Assembly (NCBI RefSeq): GCF_002854065.1
Contig: NZ_CP024151.1
Strand: one strand, 5' to 3'
DNA from: Escherichia coli
GTDB lineage: Bacteria > Pseudomonadota > Gammaproteobacteria > Enterobacterales > Enterobacteriaceae
DNA: 64,000 nucleotides
Positions 1-8,838 of this stretch are shown here, piece after piece. The notes under the pieces were generated by a model. The model made no database searches, had not been told where the DNA came from, and saw only the letters and a list, made by a program, of their open reading frames with translations. The position numbers were made by a program, and so were the translations under genes. How positions within the stretch are numbered: position 1 is the stretch's first letter; each line of letters starts with the position of its first letter.

Positions 1-2
1 AG

Positions 3-822
3 GGCACTGTTGCAAATAGTCGGTGGTGATAAACTTATCATCCCCTTTTACTGATGGAGCTGCACATGAACCCATTCAAAGGCCGGTATTTTCAGCGTGA
101 CATCATTCTGTGGGCCGTACGCTGGTACTGCAAATACGGCATCAGTTACCGTGAGCTGCAGGAGATGCTGGCTGAACGCGGAGTGAATGTCGATCACTCC
201 ACGATTTACCGCTGGGTTCAGCGTTATGCGCCTGAAATGGAAAAACGGCTGCGCTGGTACTGGCGTAACCCTTCCGATCTTTGCCCGTGGCACATGGATG
301 AAACCTACGTGAAGGTCAATGGCCGCTGGGCGTATCTGTACCGGGCCGTCGACAGCCGGGGCCGCACTGTCGATTTTTATCTCTCCTCCCGTCGTAACAG
401 CAAAGCTGCATACCGGTTTCTGGGTAAAATCCTCAACAACGTGAAGAAGTGGCAGATCCCGCGATTCATCAACACGGATAAAGCGCCCGCCTATGGTCGC
501 GCGCTTGCTCTGCTCAAACGCGAAGGCCGGTGCCCGTCTGACGTTGAACACCGACAGATTAAGTACCGGAACAACGTGATTGAATGCGATCATGGCAAAC
601 TGAAACGGATAATCGACGCCACGCTGGGATTTAAATCCATGAAGACGGCTTACGCCACCATCAAAGGTATTGAGGTGATGCGTGCACTACGCAAAGGCCA
701 GGCCTCAGCATTTTATTATGGTGATCCCCTGGGCGAAATGCGCCTGGTAAGCAGAGTTTTTGAAATGTAAGGCCTTTGAATAAGACAAAAGGCTGCCTCA
801 TCGCTAACTTTGCAACAGTGCC
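3..822 (+). mobile_element. IS26 (IS6 family), complete 820-bp element
   Basis: 14-bp terminal inverted repeats GGCACTGTTGCAAA at 3-16 and its reverse complement at 809-822; internal transposase ORF. Left flank is cut by the window edge so target duplication cannot be checked. Confidence 0.9.
66..770 (+). CDS. tnpA: IS26/IS6-family DDE transposase
   Basis: Translation MNPFKGRYFQRDIILWAVRWYCKYGISYRELQEMLAERGVNVDHSTIYRW... is the recognisable IS26 Tnp26 sequence; start set at MNPFKG inside the longer track ORF 54-770. Confidence 0.9.
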   Translation: MNPFKGRYFQRDIILWAVRWYCKYGISYRELQEMLAERGVNVDHSTIYRWVQRYAPEMEKRLRWYWRNPSDLCPWHMDETYVKVNGRWAYLYRAVDSRGRTVDFYLSSRRNSKAAYRFLGKILNNVKKWQIPRFINTDKAPAYGRALALLKREGRCPSDVEHRQIKYRNNVIECDHGKLKRIIDATLGFKSMKTAYATIKGIEVMRALRKGQASAFYYGDPLGEMRLVSRVFEM

Positions 823-939
823 GAAAACAGAACCGTTCGATAATACCTGTGTTTAACACCCTGTCAGTACTGATGAAATTTAAATCTCCGATTATAGCTT
901 TTTTCGGATCTCAGCAGAAAAAAGACAGAAGTGTGTATA

Positions 940-1045
940 GGTTTGGCATATGCGTACCCCTGCCATCTGCATATGCTATATCTATACATATGCCGATCAT
1001 CTGCATATACTGAGCATATGTATAAAGGCCGGTCGGCCAGGAGGA
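940..1045 (+). promoter_or_regulatory. vagCD promoter/operator region with repeated CATCTGCATATG-type palindromic motifs and RBS
   Basis: Several copies of GCATATG / CATCTGCATAT palindromes immediately upstream of vagC; AGGAGG at 1040-1045, 4 nt before the ATG at 1050. Typical autoregulated TA operator layout. Confidence 0.5.
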
Positions 1046-1049
1046 AATA

Positions 1050-1280
1050 ATGAGAACCGTATCCATTTTTAAAAACGGCAATAACCGCGCCATCCGTCTG
1101 CCCCGCGATCTTGATTTTGAGGGGGTGAGCGAGCTGGAGATCGTCCGGGAAGGGGACAGCATCATCCTGCGCCCCGTCCGGCCGACCTGGGGCTCGTTCG
1201 CGAAGCTCGAAAAAGCTGACCCGGACTTTATGGCGGAGCGCGAGGACGTTGTCACCGACGAAGGACGGGTTAACCTGTGA
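1050..1280 (+). CDS. vagC: VagC/VapB-type antitoxin (SpoVT/AbrB fold)
   Basis: 76-aa ORF MRTVSIFKNGNNRAIRLPRDLDFEGVSELEIVREGDSIILRPV...; AbrB-like swapped-hairpin antitoxin; stop overlaps the start of the downstream PIN toxin gene. Confidence 0.85.
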   Translation: MRTVSIFKNGNNRAIRLPRDLDFEGVSELEIVREGDSIILRPVRPTWGSFAKLEKADPDFMAEREDVVTDEGRVNL

Positions 1281-1693
1281 ACAAAACGTATATGCTGGAC
1301 ACCAACATCTGCTCTTTCATCATGCGCGAGCAGCCGGAAGCCGTCCTGAAGCGCCTGGAGCAGGCGGTGCTGCGTGGCCACCGTATCGTGGTCTCGGCCA
1401 TCACTTATTCCGAAATGCGCTTCGGGGCTACCGGCCCGAAGGCCTCGCCGCGCCACGTGCAGCTGGTTGACGCGTTCTGCACCCGCCTCGATGCCATCCT
1501 GCCCTGGGATCGCGCCGCGGTGGACGCGACCACGGAGATTAAGGTGGCGCTGCGCCTCGCCGGGACGCCGATCGGCCCGAACGACACGGCGATTGCCGGA
1601 CACTCCATCGCCGCCGGTGCCGTGCTGGTGACGAATAATACGCGGGAATTTGAACGGGTACCGGGTCTTGTGCTGGAAGACTGGATAAGATAA
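1277..1693 (+). CDS. vagD: VagD/VapC-type PIN-domain toxin
   Basis: 138-aa ORF MNKTYMLDTNICSFIMREQPEAVLKRLEQ... with the N-terminal LDTN acidic PIN motif; 4-bp overlap with vagC. Confidence 0.85.
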   Translation: MNKTYMLDTNICSFIMREQPEAVLKRLEQAVLRGHRIVVSAITYSEMRFGATGPKASPRHVQLVDAFCTRLDAILPWDRAAVDATTEIKVALRLAGTPIGPNDTAIAGHSIAAGAVLVTNNTREFERVPGLVLEDWIR

Positions 1694-1766
1694 CGCTGTA
1701 AAACAAAACAGGCGGTCTGGCGCTGCCGGACACTCTTTCAGTCAGCGGTATATAAAGGAATAAAAG

Positions 1767-3329
1767 ATGCCTCTGATCACGCGGCTTATGCTGCAAAACT
1801 TTAAAAAGTTTCCGGAACTGGACCTGCGCTTCACTCATGACCGTAACATTCTGGTCGGGGACAATGAGTCCGGGAAAAGCACGATTCTGCTGGCCCTTGA
1901 CCTTGTGCTGAGCGACAGCCGGCACCGGGTCGAGGCATTGGGTGTGGAATCGCTCCTGTCCCAGTCAGCAGTCAGGCAGTTTCAGGAAGGTGAGCGCCGC
2001 GCCGATCGGTTACCCGTGCTGACAGCTGATGTTTTCCTGAGTAATGGGGGAGATCCTGACCTGAACGGCAGGCAAAATCTGGCGGGTATCGATGCGGATG
2101 GTCTCAGAATGCGCATTGCACCCATGACGGAGGAATACGGTCAGGATATACATCATGTCCTGCAGCAGGATCCCGATAATTTTCCCTATGAATACTATTC
2201 CGTGCGGTTCAGCACCTTCTCCGGGGGGCATTTTGCCGGCTTCAGACGCTATCTGCGCCATCTGCTGTTAGACAGTGCACGCATCGATAACGAGCACGCC
2301 GCACAGGAATATACGCGCACAGTTTACAGCGTCAATGTGCCGGTAGCCGATCGGTACCGGCTTGAAAACAGTTACCGGCAACAGAAAATGCACTTCTGCA
2401 CCCGGCATCTGTCAGCCATAAACGACACGCTGGATACGTATCAGTTTGGCGTGCGTTCCGGTGCTAAATCAGGTCTTGAGGCGAATCTGGACATTACCGA
2501 GGACGGTATTTCCATTCGTCACCGTGGAAAAGGAAGGCAGTGCTTCATCAAAACAGAGTTTGCACTGCAGCGGCATCAGCAGCAGGGAGAGCTCCACGCA
2601 CTGTTGCTTGAGGAGCCGGAGAATCATCTCAGCCATGTCAGTATGAAGAGGCTGGTTAATCAGCTTGCAACTGAACGGCAGACGCAGGTGTTTATTGCCA
2701 CACACAGCAGCCATATCTCATCCCGCCTCGATCTGCGTAAGGCAATCCTCCTCGGGTCTGCCCGACCGGTACTGATGAATGAACTTTCCGCTGAGACTGC
2801 CGCCTTCTTCATGAAAGCACCGGACAATAATGTGCTGGAATTTGCGCTGGCCAGACGTGTGCTGCTCGTGGAGGGGGATGCTGAGTTTATTCTGATCGAG
2901 GCCTTTTATCGCCGCCTGTATGGCAGGTCGCCGGAGGATGACGGGGTTCACATCATCGCTATCGGCGGAACGAGTTTCCGTCGTTATCTTGAACTGGCCC
3001 GTCTTCTGGAAAATCGCGTCGCGGCCCTTCGTGATAATGACGGCAACTATCAGCAAAACTGCGATGAACGCTATGCTGACGTGCTTTGTTCCCGCTCCCG
3101 GGTATTTGCTGATCGCGATAACACCCGATCCACATTTGAAATCTGCCTGTATCAGGATAACGCTGGTCTGTGTGATGCGCTTTTCCGCGGAACACGCCGG
3201 ACACTCACGGTGCAGGAATACATGCTGGCCAATAAGGCAGAAGCAGCATTCCGGCTGTTACAGCTGCACGCCGAAGAGCTGACAGTACCTGATTATATTC
3301 AGGAGGCACTGGCATGGATAAGAGAGTGA
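1767..3329 (+). CDS. OLD-family ATP-dependent endonuclease (N-terminal ABC-type ATPase plus C-terminal TOPRIM), GajA-like
   Basis: Walker A GDNESGKST near the N-terminus, Walker B-like LLLEEPENHL, H-loop IATHS, then TOPRIM signature LLVEGDAEFIL ... RDNDG. RBS AAGGAATAAAAG precedes the ATG. Confidence 0.8.
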   Translation: MPLITRLMLQNFKKFPELDLRFTHDRNILVGDNESGKSTILLALDLVLSDSRHRVEALGVESLLSQSAVRQFQEGERRADRLPVLTADVFLSNGGDPDLNGRQNLAGIDADGLRMRIAPMTEEYGQDIHHVLQQDPDNFPYEYYSVRFSTFSGGHFAGFRRYLRHLLLDSARIDNEHAAQEYTRTVYSVNVPVADRYRLENSYRQQKMHFCTRHLSAINDTLDTYQFGVRSGAKSGLEANLDITEDGISIRHRGKGRQCFIKTEFALQRHQQQGELHALLLEEPENHLSHVSMKRLVNQLATERQTQVFIATHSSHISSRLDLRKAILLGSARPVLMNELSAETAAFFMKAPDNNVLEFALARRVLLVEGDAEFILIEAFYRRLYGRSPEDDGVHIIAIGGTSFRRYLELARLLENRVAALRDNDGNYQQNCDERYADVLCSRSRVFADRDNTRSTFEICLYQDNAGLCDALFRGTRRTLTVQEYMLANKAEAAFRLLQLHAEELTVPDYIQEALAWIRE

Positions 3330-4336
3330 TATTTGCGGTTGCCGGCTCGGGCAAGACCACGCTGCTGATACAGCGGTTGAGTGAGGACCGGCGGACGCTG
3401 ATCCTGACCTTCACCGTGAATAATGAAGCGCATCTCCGGGCGCAGATTATCAGACGTTTTGGCTTTATCCCGGACGGGATCAGGGTGATGACCTGGTTTG
3501 AGTTTCTGCACGGTTTTTGCTTCAGGCCTTTCCTGCAGGAGCAGCTGGCATCGCGTGGGCTGAGCTTCGACCAGCCCCCACCCAGAATACCGCGCACGAA
3601 TGCCCGGCATTATCAGGATCCCGCCGGACGGCTGTATCACCGGAGGCTCGCACACTTACTCACAGCCCGGGGGCTGCTGCCGGATATCCGTACCCGGCTT
3701 GCCCGTTACTACGATGAACTGCTTATCGATGAAGTCCAGGACTTTGCCGGACATGACTTTAATTTTCTGCTGGAGCTCTGCCGCGCGGAAATCACTGTGC
3801 TCTGTTGCGGCGATTTTTATCAACATACCTTTGATACAAGCCATGACGGCAACGTTAATTCAACGCTGCACGATGACATTACGCGATATGAGGCCCGCTT
3901 CGACGCAGCAGGTTTCACGGTTGACCGGGACACGCTCAACCGGACATGGCGTTGCTCAGCTTCAGTGTGCGAGTTTATCACCGGACAACTGAACATCCGT
4001 ATCGCTGCCCATGGGATACATGCCACCCTGATTGAAACGATCACAGATGCAGAGCGCACAGCCACCCTGCACGCCGATAATACGGTGATTAAGCTCTTCT
4101 ATCGTGAACATCACCGTTACGGCTGCTATTCCATGAACTGGGGCGTCAGTAAAGGGCTCGACCACTTTCAGGATGTCTGCATTGTGATGGGATCTTCCCA
4201 CTGGAAGCTTCTGACCCGTCAGGAACTGGCAGCCCTTCCACCGTCGTCCCGTAACAGGCTGTACGTGGCATGCTCACGGGCGCGCGGCAACATTTATTTT
4301 GTTCCCGAAATTCATCTGCGCCGATTCCGGAACTGA
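3314..4336 (+). CDS. Compact UvrD/Rep-like SF1 helicase (340 aa), GajB-like partner of the OLD nuclease
   Basis: Motif I AVAGSGKTTLL, motif II LLIDEVQDF, motif III GDFYQ, motif VI-like VACSRARG; start overlaps the last 16 nt of the OLD gene and its AGGAGG RBS lies inside the OLD 3' end, indicating translational coupling. Confidence 0.75.
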   Translation: MDKRVIFAVAGSGKTTLLIQRLSEDRRTLILTFTVNNEAHLRAQIIRRFGFIPDGIRVMTWFEFLHGFCFRPFLQEQLASRGLSFDQPPPRIPRTNARHYQDPAGRLYHRRLAHLLTARGLLPDIRTRLARYYDELLIDEVQDFAGHDFNFLLELCRAEITVLCCGDFYQHTFDTSHDGNVNSTLHDDITRYEARFDAAGFTVDRDTLNRTWRCSASVCEFITGQLNIRIAAHGIHATLIETITDAERTATLHADNTVIKLFYREHHRYGCYSMNWGVSKGLDHFQDVCIVMGSSHWKLLTRQELAALPPSSRNRLYVACSRARGNIYFVPEIHLRRFRN

Positions 4337-4469
4337 GTCAGCTGCTTCTCAGTCGGGCACAATTCAGAAATAAAGCTGTATGGCCAACGATGTCACTTCA
4401 GGCTGGAAAAGTGCGGATCCGGTTTTGGTGGTTTTCGGATCTGCGGTGGAGAAATGAGAAAACAGGATA

Positions 4470-4620
4470 TGCGCAGCATATCCACATGCCACGCATCTGC
4501 ATAGGGCAGACATACGCATATGTCAGTCATCTGCATATGTTACACCTATACAGACCAGTCCGGCAGGCATATACTGCACATATGTACTCACACATCATGC
4601 ATGATCAGCCGGAGGAACAT
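4470..4620 (+). promoter_or_regulatory. Second vagCD-type operator/promoter region (diverged duplicate)
   Basis: Same family of CATCTGCATATG / GCATATG palindromes as at 940-1030, upstream of the second vagC copy. Confidence 0.45.
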
Positions 4621-4622
4621 CC

Positions 4623-4853
4623 ATGCGCACAGTTTCGATATTTAAAAACGGCAATAACCGCGCCATCCGTCTGCCCCGGGACCTGGATTTTGACGGCGTC
4701 AGCGAGCTGGAGATCGTCCGGGAAGGGGACAGCATCATTCTGCGTCCCGTCCGGCCGACCTGGGGCTCGTTCGCGCAGCTGGACAGGGCCGATCCGGACT
4801 TTATGGCGGAGCGTGAGGATGTGGTCAGCGATGAAGGACGCTTTGAGCCATGA
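4623..4853 (+). CDS. vagC: Second VagC/VapB antitoxin copy
   Basis: 76-aa ORF about 90% identical to the first copy (MRTVSIFKNGNNRAIRLPRDLDFDGVSELEIVREGDSIILRPV...). Confidence 0.8.
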   Translation: MRTVSIFKNGNNRAIRLPRDLDFDGVSELEIVREGDSIILRPVRPTWGSFAQLDRADPDFMAEREDVVSDEGRFEP

Positions 4854-4993
4854 AGAAAACCTGGATGCTCGACACTAACATCTGCTCGTTCATCATGCGC
4901 GAGCAGCCGGCAGCGGTGCTGAAGCGCCTGGAGCAGGCGGTGCTGTCAACGCCACGATGTTTGACCGTTATTTGCCATTTTCATGCCCGCTAA
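4850..4993 (+). pseudogene. vagD: Truncated vagD/vapC (PIN toxin) remnant
   Basis: MKKTWMLDTNICSFIMREQPAAVLKRLEQAVL matches the vagD N-terminus for about 32 codons, then homology ends at about 4945 where IS21-family-derived sequence begins; the reading frame runs into unrelated sequence and stops at 4993. Confidence 0.75.
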
Positions 4994-5003
4994 GATACTT
5001 TCG

Positions 5004-5787
<784 letters not shown>

Positions 5788-5791
<4 letters not shown>

Positions 5792-6429
5792 AACAGCTCC
5801 TCATAGGCACTCAGTGGTCGATGTTCCACCTGACTGACCTGCTGCCAGAGCGGGGCGTGATGCTCCGGCACTGTCTGCCAGCCAGACGATGCCGGACAGA
5901 GGCGATGTGAGGCCACCAGTTTCTCATTACTGTAGATCCGCAACTCGTCATCCAGCGATATTCGTATCGATACTGGCTGACCACACAGCGCTTCGGGAAC
6001 GCTGTAACGATTACCACCAACCTCGATATAGCTGTCCCAGGACACATGGCGGATGTCGAAGTAACTGGTATCGAAGTCCGTATCCGGTAACGGCTGCAGA
6101 TGTTCCTGCTCCAGCGCGAAGCGCTGTTCCGGCGTTTCTTTGAACTGGCGAAGCTCCCGTTTGTCAGCCACATCGGCTATCCATTGCTCCAGTTGTTGAT
6201 TAACATGAGTGAAGCTGTCGAACCTGCGGTACCGGACGAAGAAGTTCTCCTTGAGGTATTTCACCATCCGCTCAACCTTACCTTTTGTTCTGGCCCTGCG
6301 TGGACGGCATGCCCGTGGCAGGAAGTTATAGTGGTCGGCCAGCAACAGGAATCCGGAGTTGAACACGACTTTCCCGTTGTTATTCTTCAGCACCGCAGCC
6401 TTCTGGTTATCAACCAGCACCGTTTTCAC
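5788..6429 (-). pseudogene. istA: istA (IS21-family transposase) C-terminal fragment
   Basis: Translation ...[24 protein letters not shown]... is characteristic of the IstA C-terminal region; the N-terminal catalytic part is absent. Confidence 0.7.
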
Positions 6430-6990
6430 ACAACCACCGAATTTGATCCCTGAAAACTGTCAGCGCTGCGAGGACGAAGAAAGTATTACGGCTAAAGCCG
6501 TAATACCTCCCCATCCAGCTTCAAGCTATGTAGAAACTTATGTGGGTAGAGCAGTCCCGACAGGGCAGTACCGCATTGACAGGCCGTCAGGGCCACTTAC
6601 GAGCTTGTATGACAAGGGGGGCCGTCTGGATATAGCGAATTATTGTACGGTAAGCCTTTTTTGAACAGCCTTACCTATTGCTATAGAGGGGAACTCCTAC
6701 GTTATACGCCGCTTTCAGGGGATTCGACCTTAATGAGACAACTCAAATATGATCGACAACTTAAACGCGATAGTTGCTGATAAAATCAATCCATTACGCG
6801 TTTCAATTGATTAAATAATGCACTTAATGTACAAAAATTCCCGATCTCAAAACTGAACCCTAAAGATACCAGGCATCTCCCCCAGGAAGCGCCCTCATGC
6901 GTTTTCCTGTTCCGCCCCTGCCACCTACCTTCTGTTTCATACTTGTTGTATTATTGTTTTTGTTTTCAATCCCCAAGGAGACGTCGCTAT

Positions 6991-7158
6991 ATGACTGTGC
7001 GGGAGACAGAGGAAAACATTGAACAAATCTTCCCTGAGCTTTCGAACTTAATTGATATTATTAATAAATGGCTTTCCCATGGAAACATTGATCCTGAACT
7101 GGCACACTTCATCATTTATCTTCTTGATTACCTAACCACCACACACAAAAGCATATAA
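6991..7158 (+). CDS. Small hypothetical protein (55 aa)
   Basis: ATG at 6991 preceded by AAGGAG at 6976-6981; a rho-independent terminator follows at 7274-7301. No family recognised. Confidence 0.45.
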   Translation: MTVRETEENIEQIFPELSNLIDIINKWLSHGNIDPELAHFIIYLLDYLTTTHKSI

Positions 7159-7273
7159 AAATTTTCCTTGCACATCCATTTTTTTGCGAATATTATTATT
7201 CCTGCTGAATATGATTCAATATCGCACGCTACTCATCCATCCCAGGATAATGAGTACATAGGTTGAAGTTTCA

Positions 7274-7301
7274 ACACCCCCATTACGGGGGTGTTTTTTT
7301 T
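7274..7301 (+). terminator. Rho-independent terminator
   Basis: 8-bp GC-rich stem ACACCCCC / GGGGGTGT with a 5-nt loop, followed by a T7 tract. Confidence 0.7.
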
Positions 7302-7776
7302 ACCAATAAACACAAATCACACCATCGCCATACTCTGTTTGCCAGACATCGATTGGTAAATATGCGTAACTCGCTATAATACAAAAAGAAAAATCAGAAC
7401 CAGAAACCAGTTTCCAGATAAAAAACACCCTCCCGAAGGAGGGGACAGACACATTCATATTTCCCAAAACAGGAATTTTTATTTTTATGACGCATTAATG
7501 AAGTTACTTCATCTCCAGTAGATTAACTTCATTTAAAGTGGCGATCAATCATATTTATTACGACTCTAAACTATTACAACAACCACAATAAGATATCACC
7601 TCAAATATAAAAGATAACTCTTACAAAAACGTTCCGAAAACAAAAAATACAGATAAACACCAATAAAAAACAGAAAACTCTTACACATTTAAAGATGGTA
7701 AAATAATATAGAACTGTTAGTCTAATGGAGAAGGCGCATCTGATTCAGAGCAATCTATTGCGAAGAATCAGAGTAA

Positions 7777-7815
7777 CAGGGCCCCATGATATAATCATGG
7801 GGCCCTGTTGCTTTT
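7777..7815 (+). terminator. Strong hairpin terminator (13-bp perfect stem)
   Basis: CAGGGCCCCATGA-TATAA-TCATGGGGCCCTG followed by TTGCTTTT. Confidence 0.6.
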
Positions 7816-8059
7816 ACAGATGTAAAAACGACCAATCATTTAACATCTGTTATCGGCACCGCCCCGGACGGGTTCGGCGCAAATATGGTATGGTACCAGC
7901 CCGGCAATTCACCTGCCGTGCAATCTGACGAAGCAGTACCGGCGTATGCAGATATATCGTCCAGACATATCTGCCGCATTCAGGCGGTGAGTAAAGCCTT
8001 CTCTCTCAAAAGAGGAGCAACAGTTATCCACAGATTCTGGGGATAACTGCGAAAAGAAT

Positions 8060-8200
8060 ATGTGCCAGGAAAGTCGGCTCCCGGGAAAAAGACCGCTGGC
8101 GGCGCAGCTGCTGGATACGAAAGCTGAGCTGAAAGGATCCCGGGAGGACGTCCGTAAACTTCAGTCCCTGGCCCGTCATGACGGGAAGGTGAAAAAGTGA
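8060..8200 (+). CDS. Small hypothetical protein (46 aa), first gene of an overlapping pair
   Basis: ATG at 8060; its TGA stop (8198-8200) overlaps the GTG start (8197) of the next ORF in a GTGA junction. Not in the ORF track because it is under 60 aa. Confidence 0.35.
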   Translation: MCQESRLPGKRPLAAQLLDTKAELKGSREDVRKLQSLARHDGKVKK

Positions 8201-8838
8201 ATGCGGACACCTGGACCCGCCTGCAGGCCTTCCGACATGCTCTGGAGCTGACTTCCTGTGAGGCTTCTCTCACCGCCGGGTATGATCACCTGAAGGATTT
8301 CCCGGCCGGTTGCAGCGAGCTGGCCAGCCAGACGCTGACTGATTATCTGACGGAAGACGGCAGCAACCTGTACTCCTGTATTGTCGGTATGCAGTGGGAT
8401 AATGGTCCTGGCAGATACGGCCACGTCATTGCCGCCCCTGCCAGGGACTATATCGACCTGACCCTTGATCAGTTTCCAGGCTATCATAACCGGATTGTGG
8501 CAGAGCCCGTTGAGTCCGGCGGACAGCTCGCGGCAGACCTCAACAGGGAGCCTGCCATCAGTACAGCTGATGGAATAGTGGCCAGCGCATCAGATAAGGT
8601 TAATTACATTACTGAACAGAAAAATCGCCAGCCAATGGTGATCATTACAGAATGTTACAAGCTGATCAGAATAACGGCAAGATTTATACCAATGTGCCAG
8701 TCATCTCAACTCTTCCAGCACCAGGTATTCCCTCGCTTATTTATCATTTCAGACGTTGGCTCCTGCAGTTTGTCCAGGAACACCTTAGATCGTTTAGCTA
8801 CTGACTGGAAGGTGACACTGTCCATCCTGTCGCTATAG
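8197..8838 (+). CDS. Hypothetical protein; 3' end uncertain
   Basis: 213-aa track ORF starting at GTG; no recognisable domain; the tail overlaps a convergent minus-strand ORF (8706-9026), so the true stop is uncertain. Confidence 0.35.
   Translation: MNADTWTRLQAFRHALELTSCEASLTAGYDHLKDFPAGCSELASQTLTDYLTEDGSNLYSCIVGMQWDNGPGRYGHVIAAPARDYIDLTLDQFPGYHNRIVAEPVESGGQLAADLNREPAISTADGIVASASDKVNYITEQKNRQPMVIITECYKLIRITARFIPMCQSSQLFQHQVFPRLFIISDVGSCSLSRNTLDRLATDWKVTLSILSL

Noticed and set aside
911-1925. Long minus-strand and alternative-frame ORFs overlapping vagC/vagD (911-1603, 1249-1470, 1374-1631, 1405-1608, 1539-1925)
   Set aside because: They are antisense to or frame-shifted within well-supported TA genes in GC-rich DNA; the Pro/Arg/Ala-rich translations are typical of spurious ORFs in high-GC sequence.
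2010-4201. Multiple ORFs inside the OLD and helicase genes on both strands (for example 2718-3056, 2920-3282, 3205-3597, 3600-3992)
   Set aside because: They sit entirely inside the two genes that carry clear ATPase, TOPRIM and helicase motifs; there are no independent signals.
4270-4878. 202-aa ORF spanning the second vagC operator and vagC in another frame
   Set aside because: It reads through the palindromic operator and overlaps vagC out of frame; the vagC reading is supported by near-identity to the first copy.
4946-4970. 25-nt sequence TCAACGCCACGATGTTTGACCGTTA at the vagD truncation point, also present in reverse complement at 24427-24451
   Set aside because: Probably an IS21-family terminal or subterminal sequence shared by both remnants, but I could not confirm which end it is or the exact terminus without reference IS sequences, so it is not called as an inverted repeat.
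7725-7928. 67-aa ORF in the AT-rich interval
   Set aside because: It translates straight through the 13-bp-stem terminator hairpin; more plausibly non-coding.
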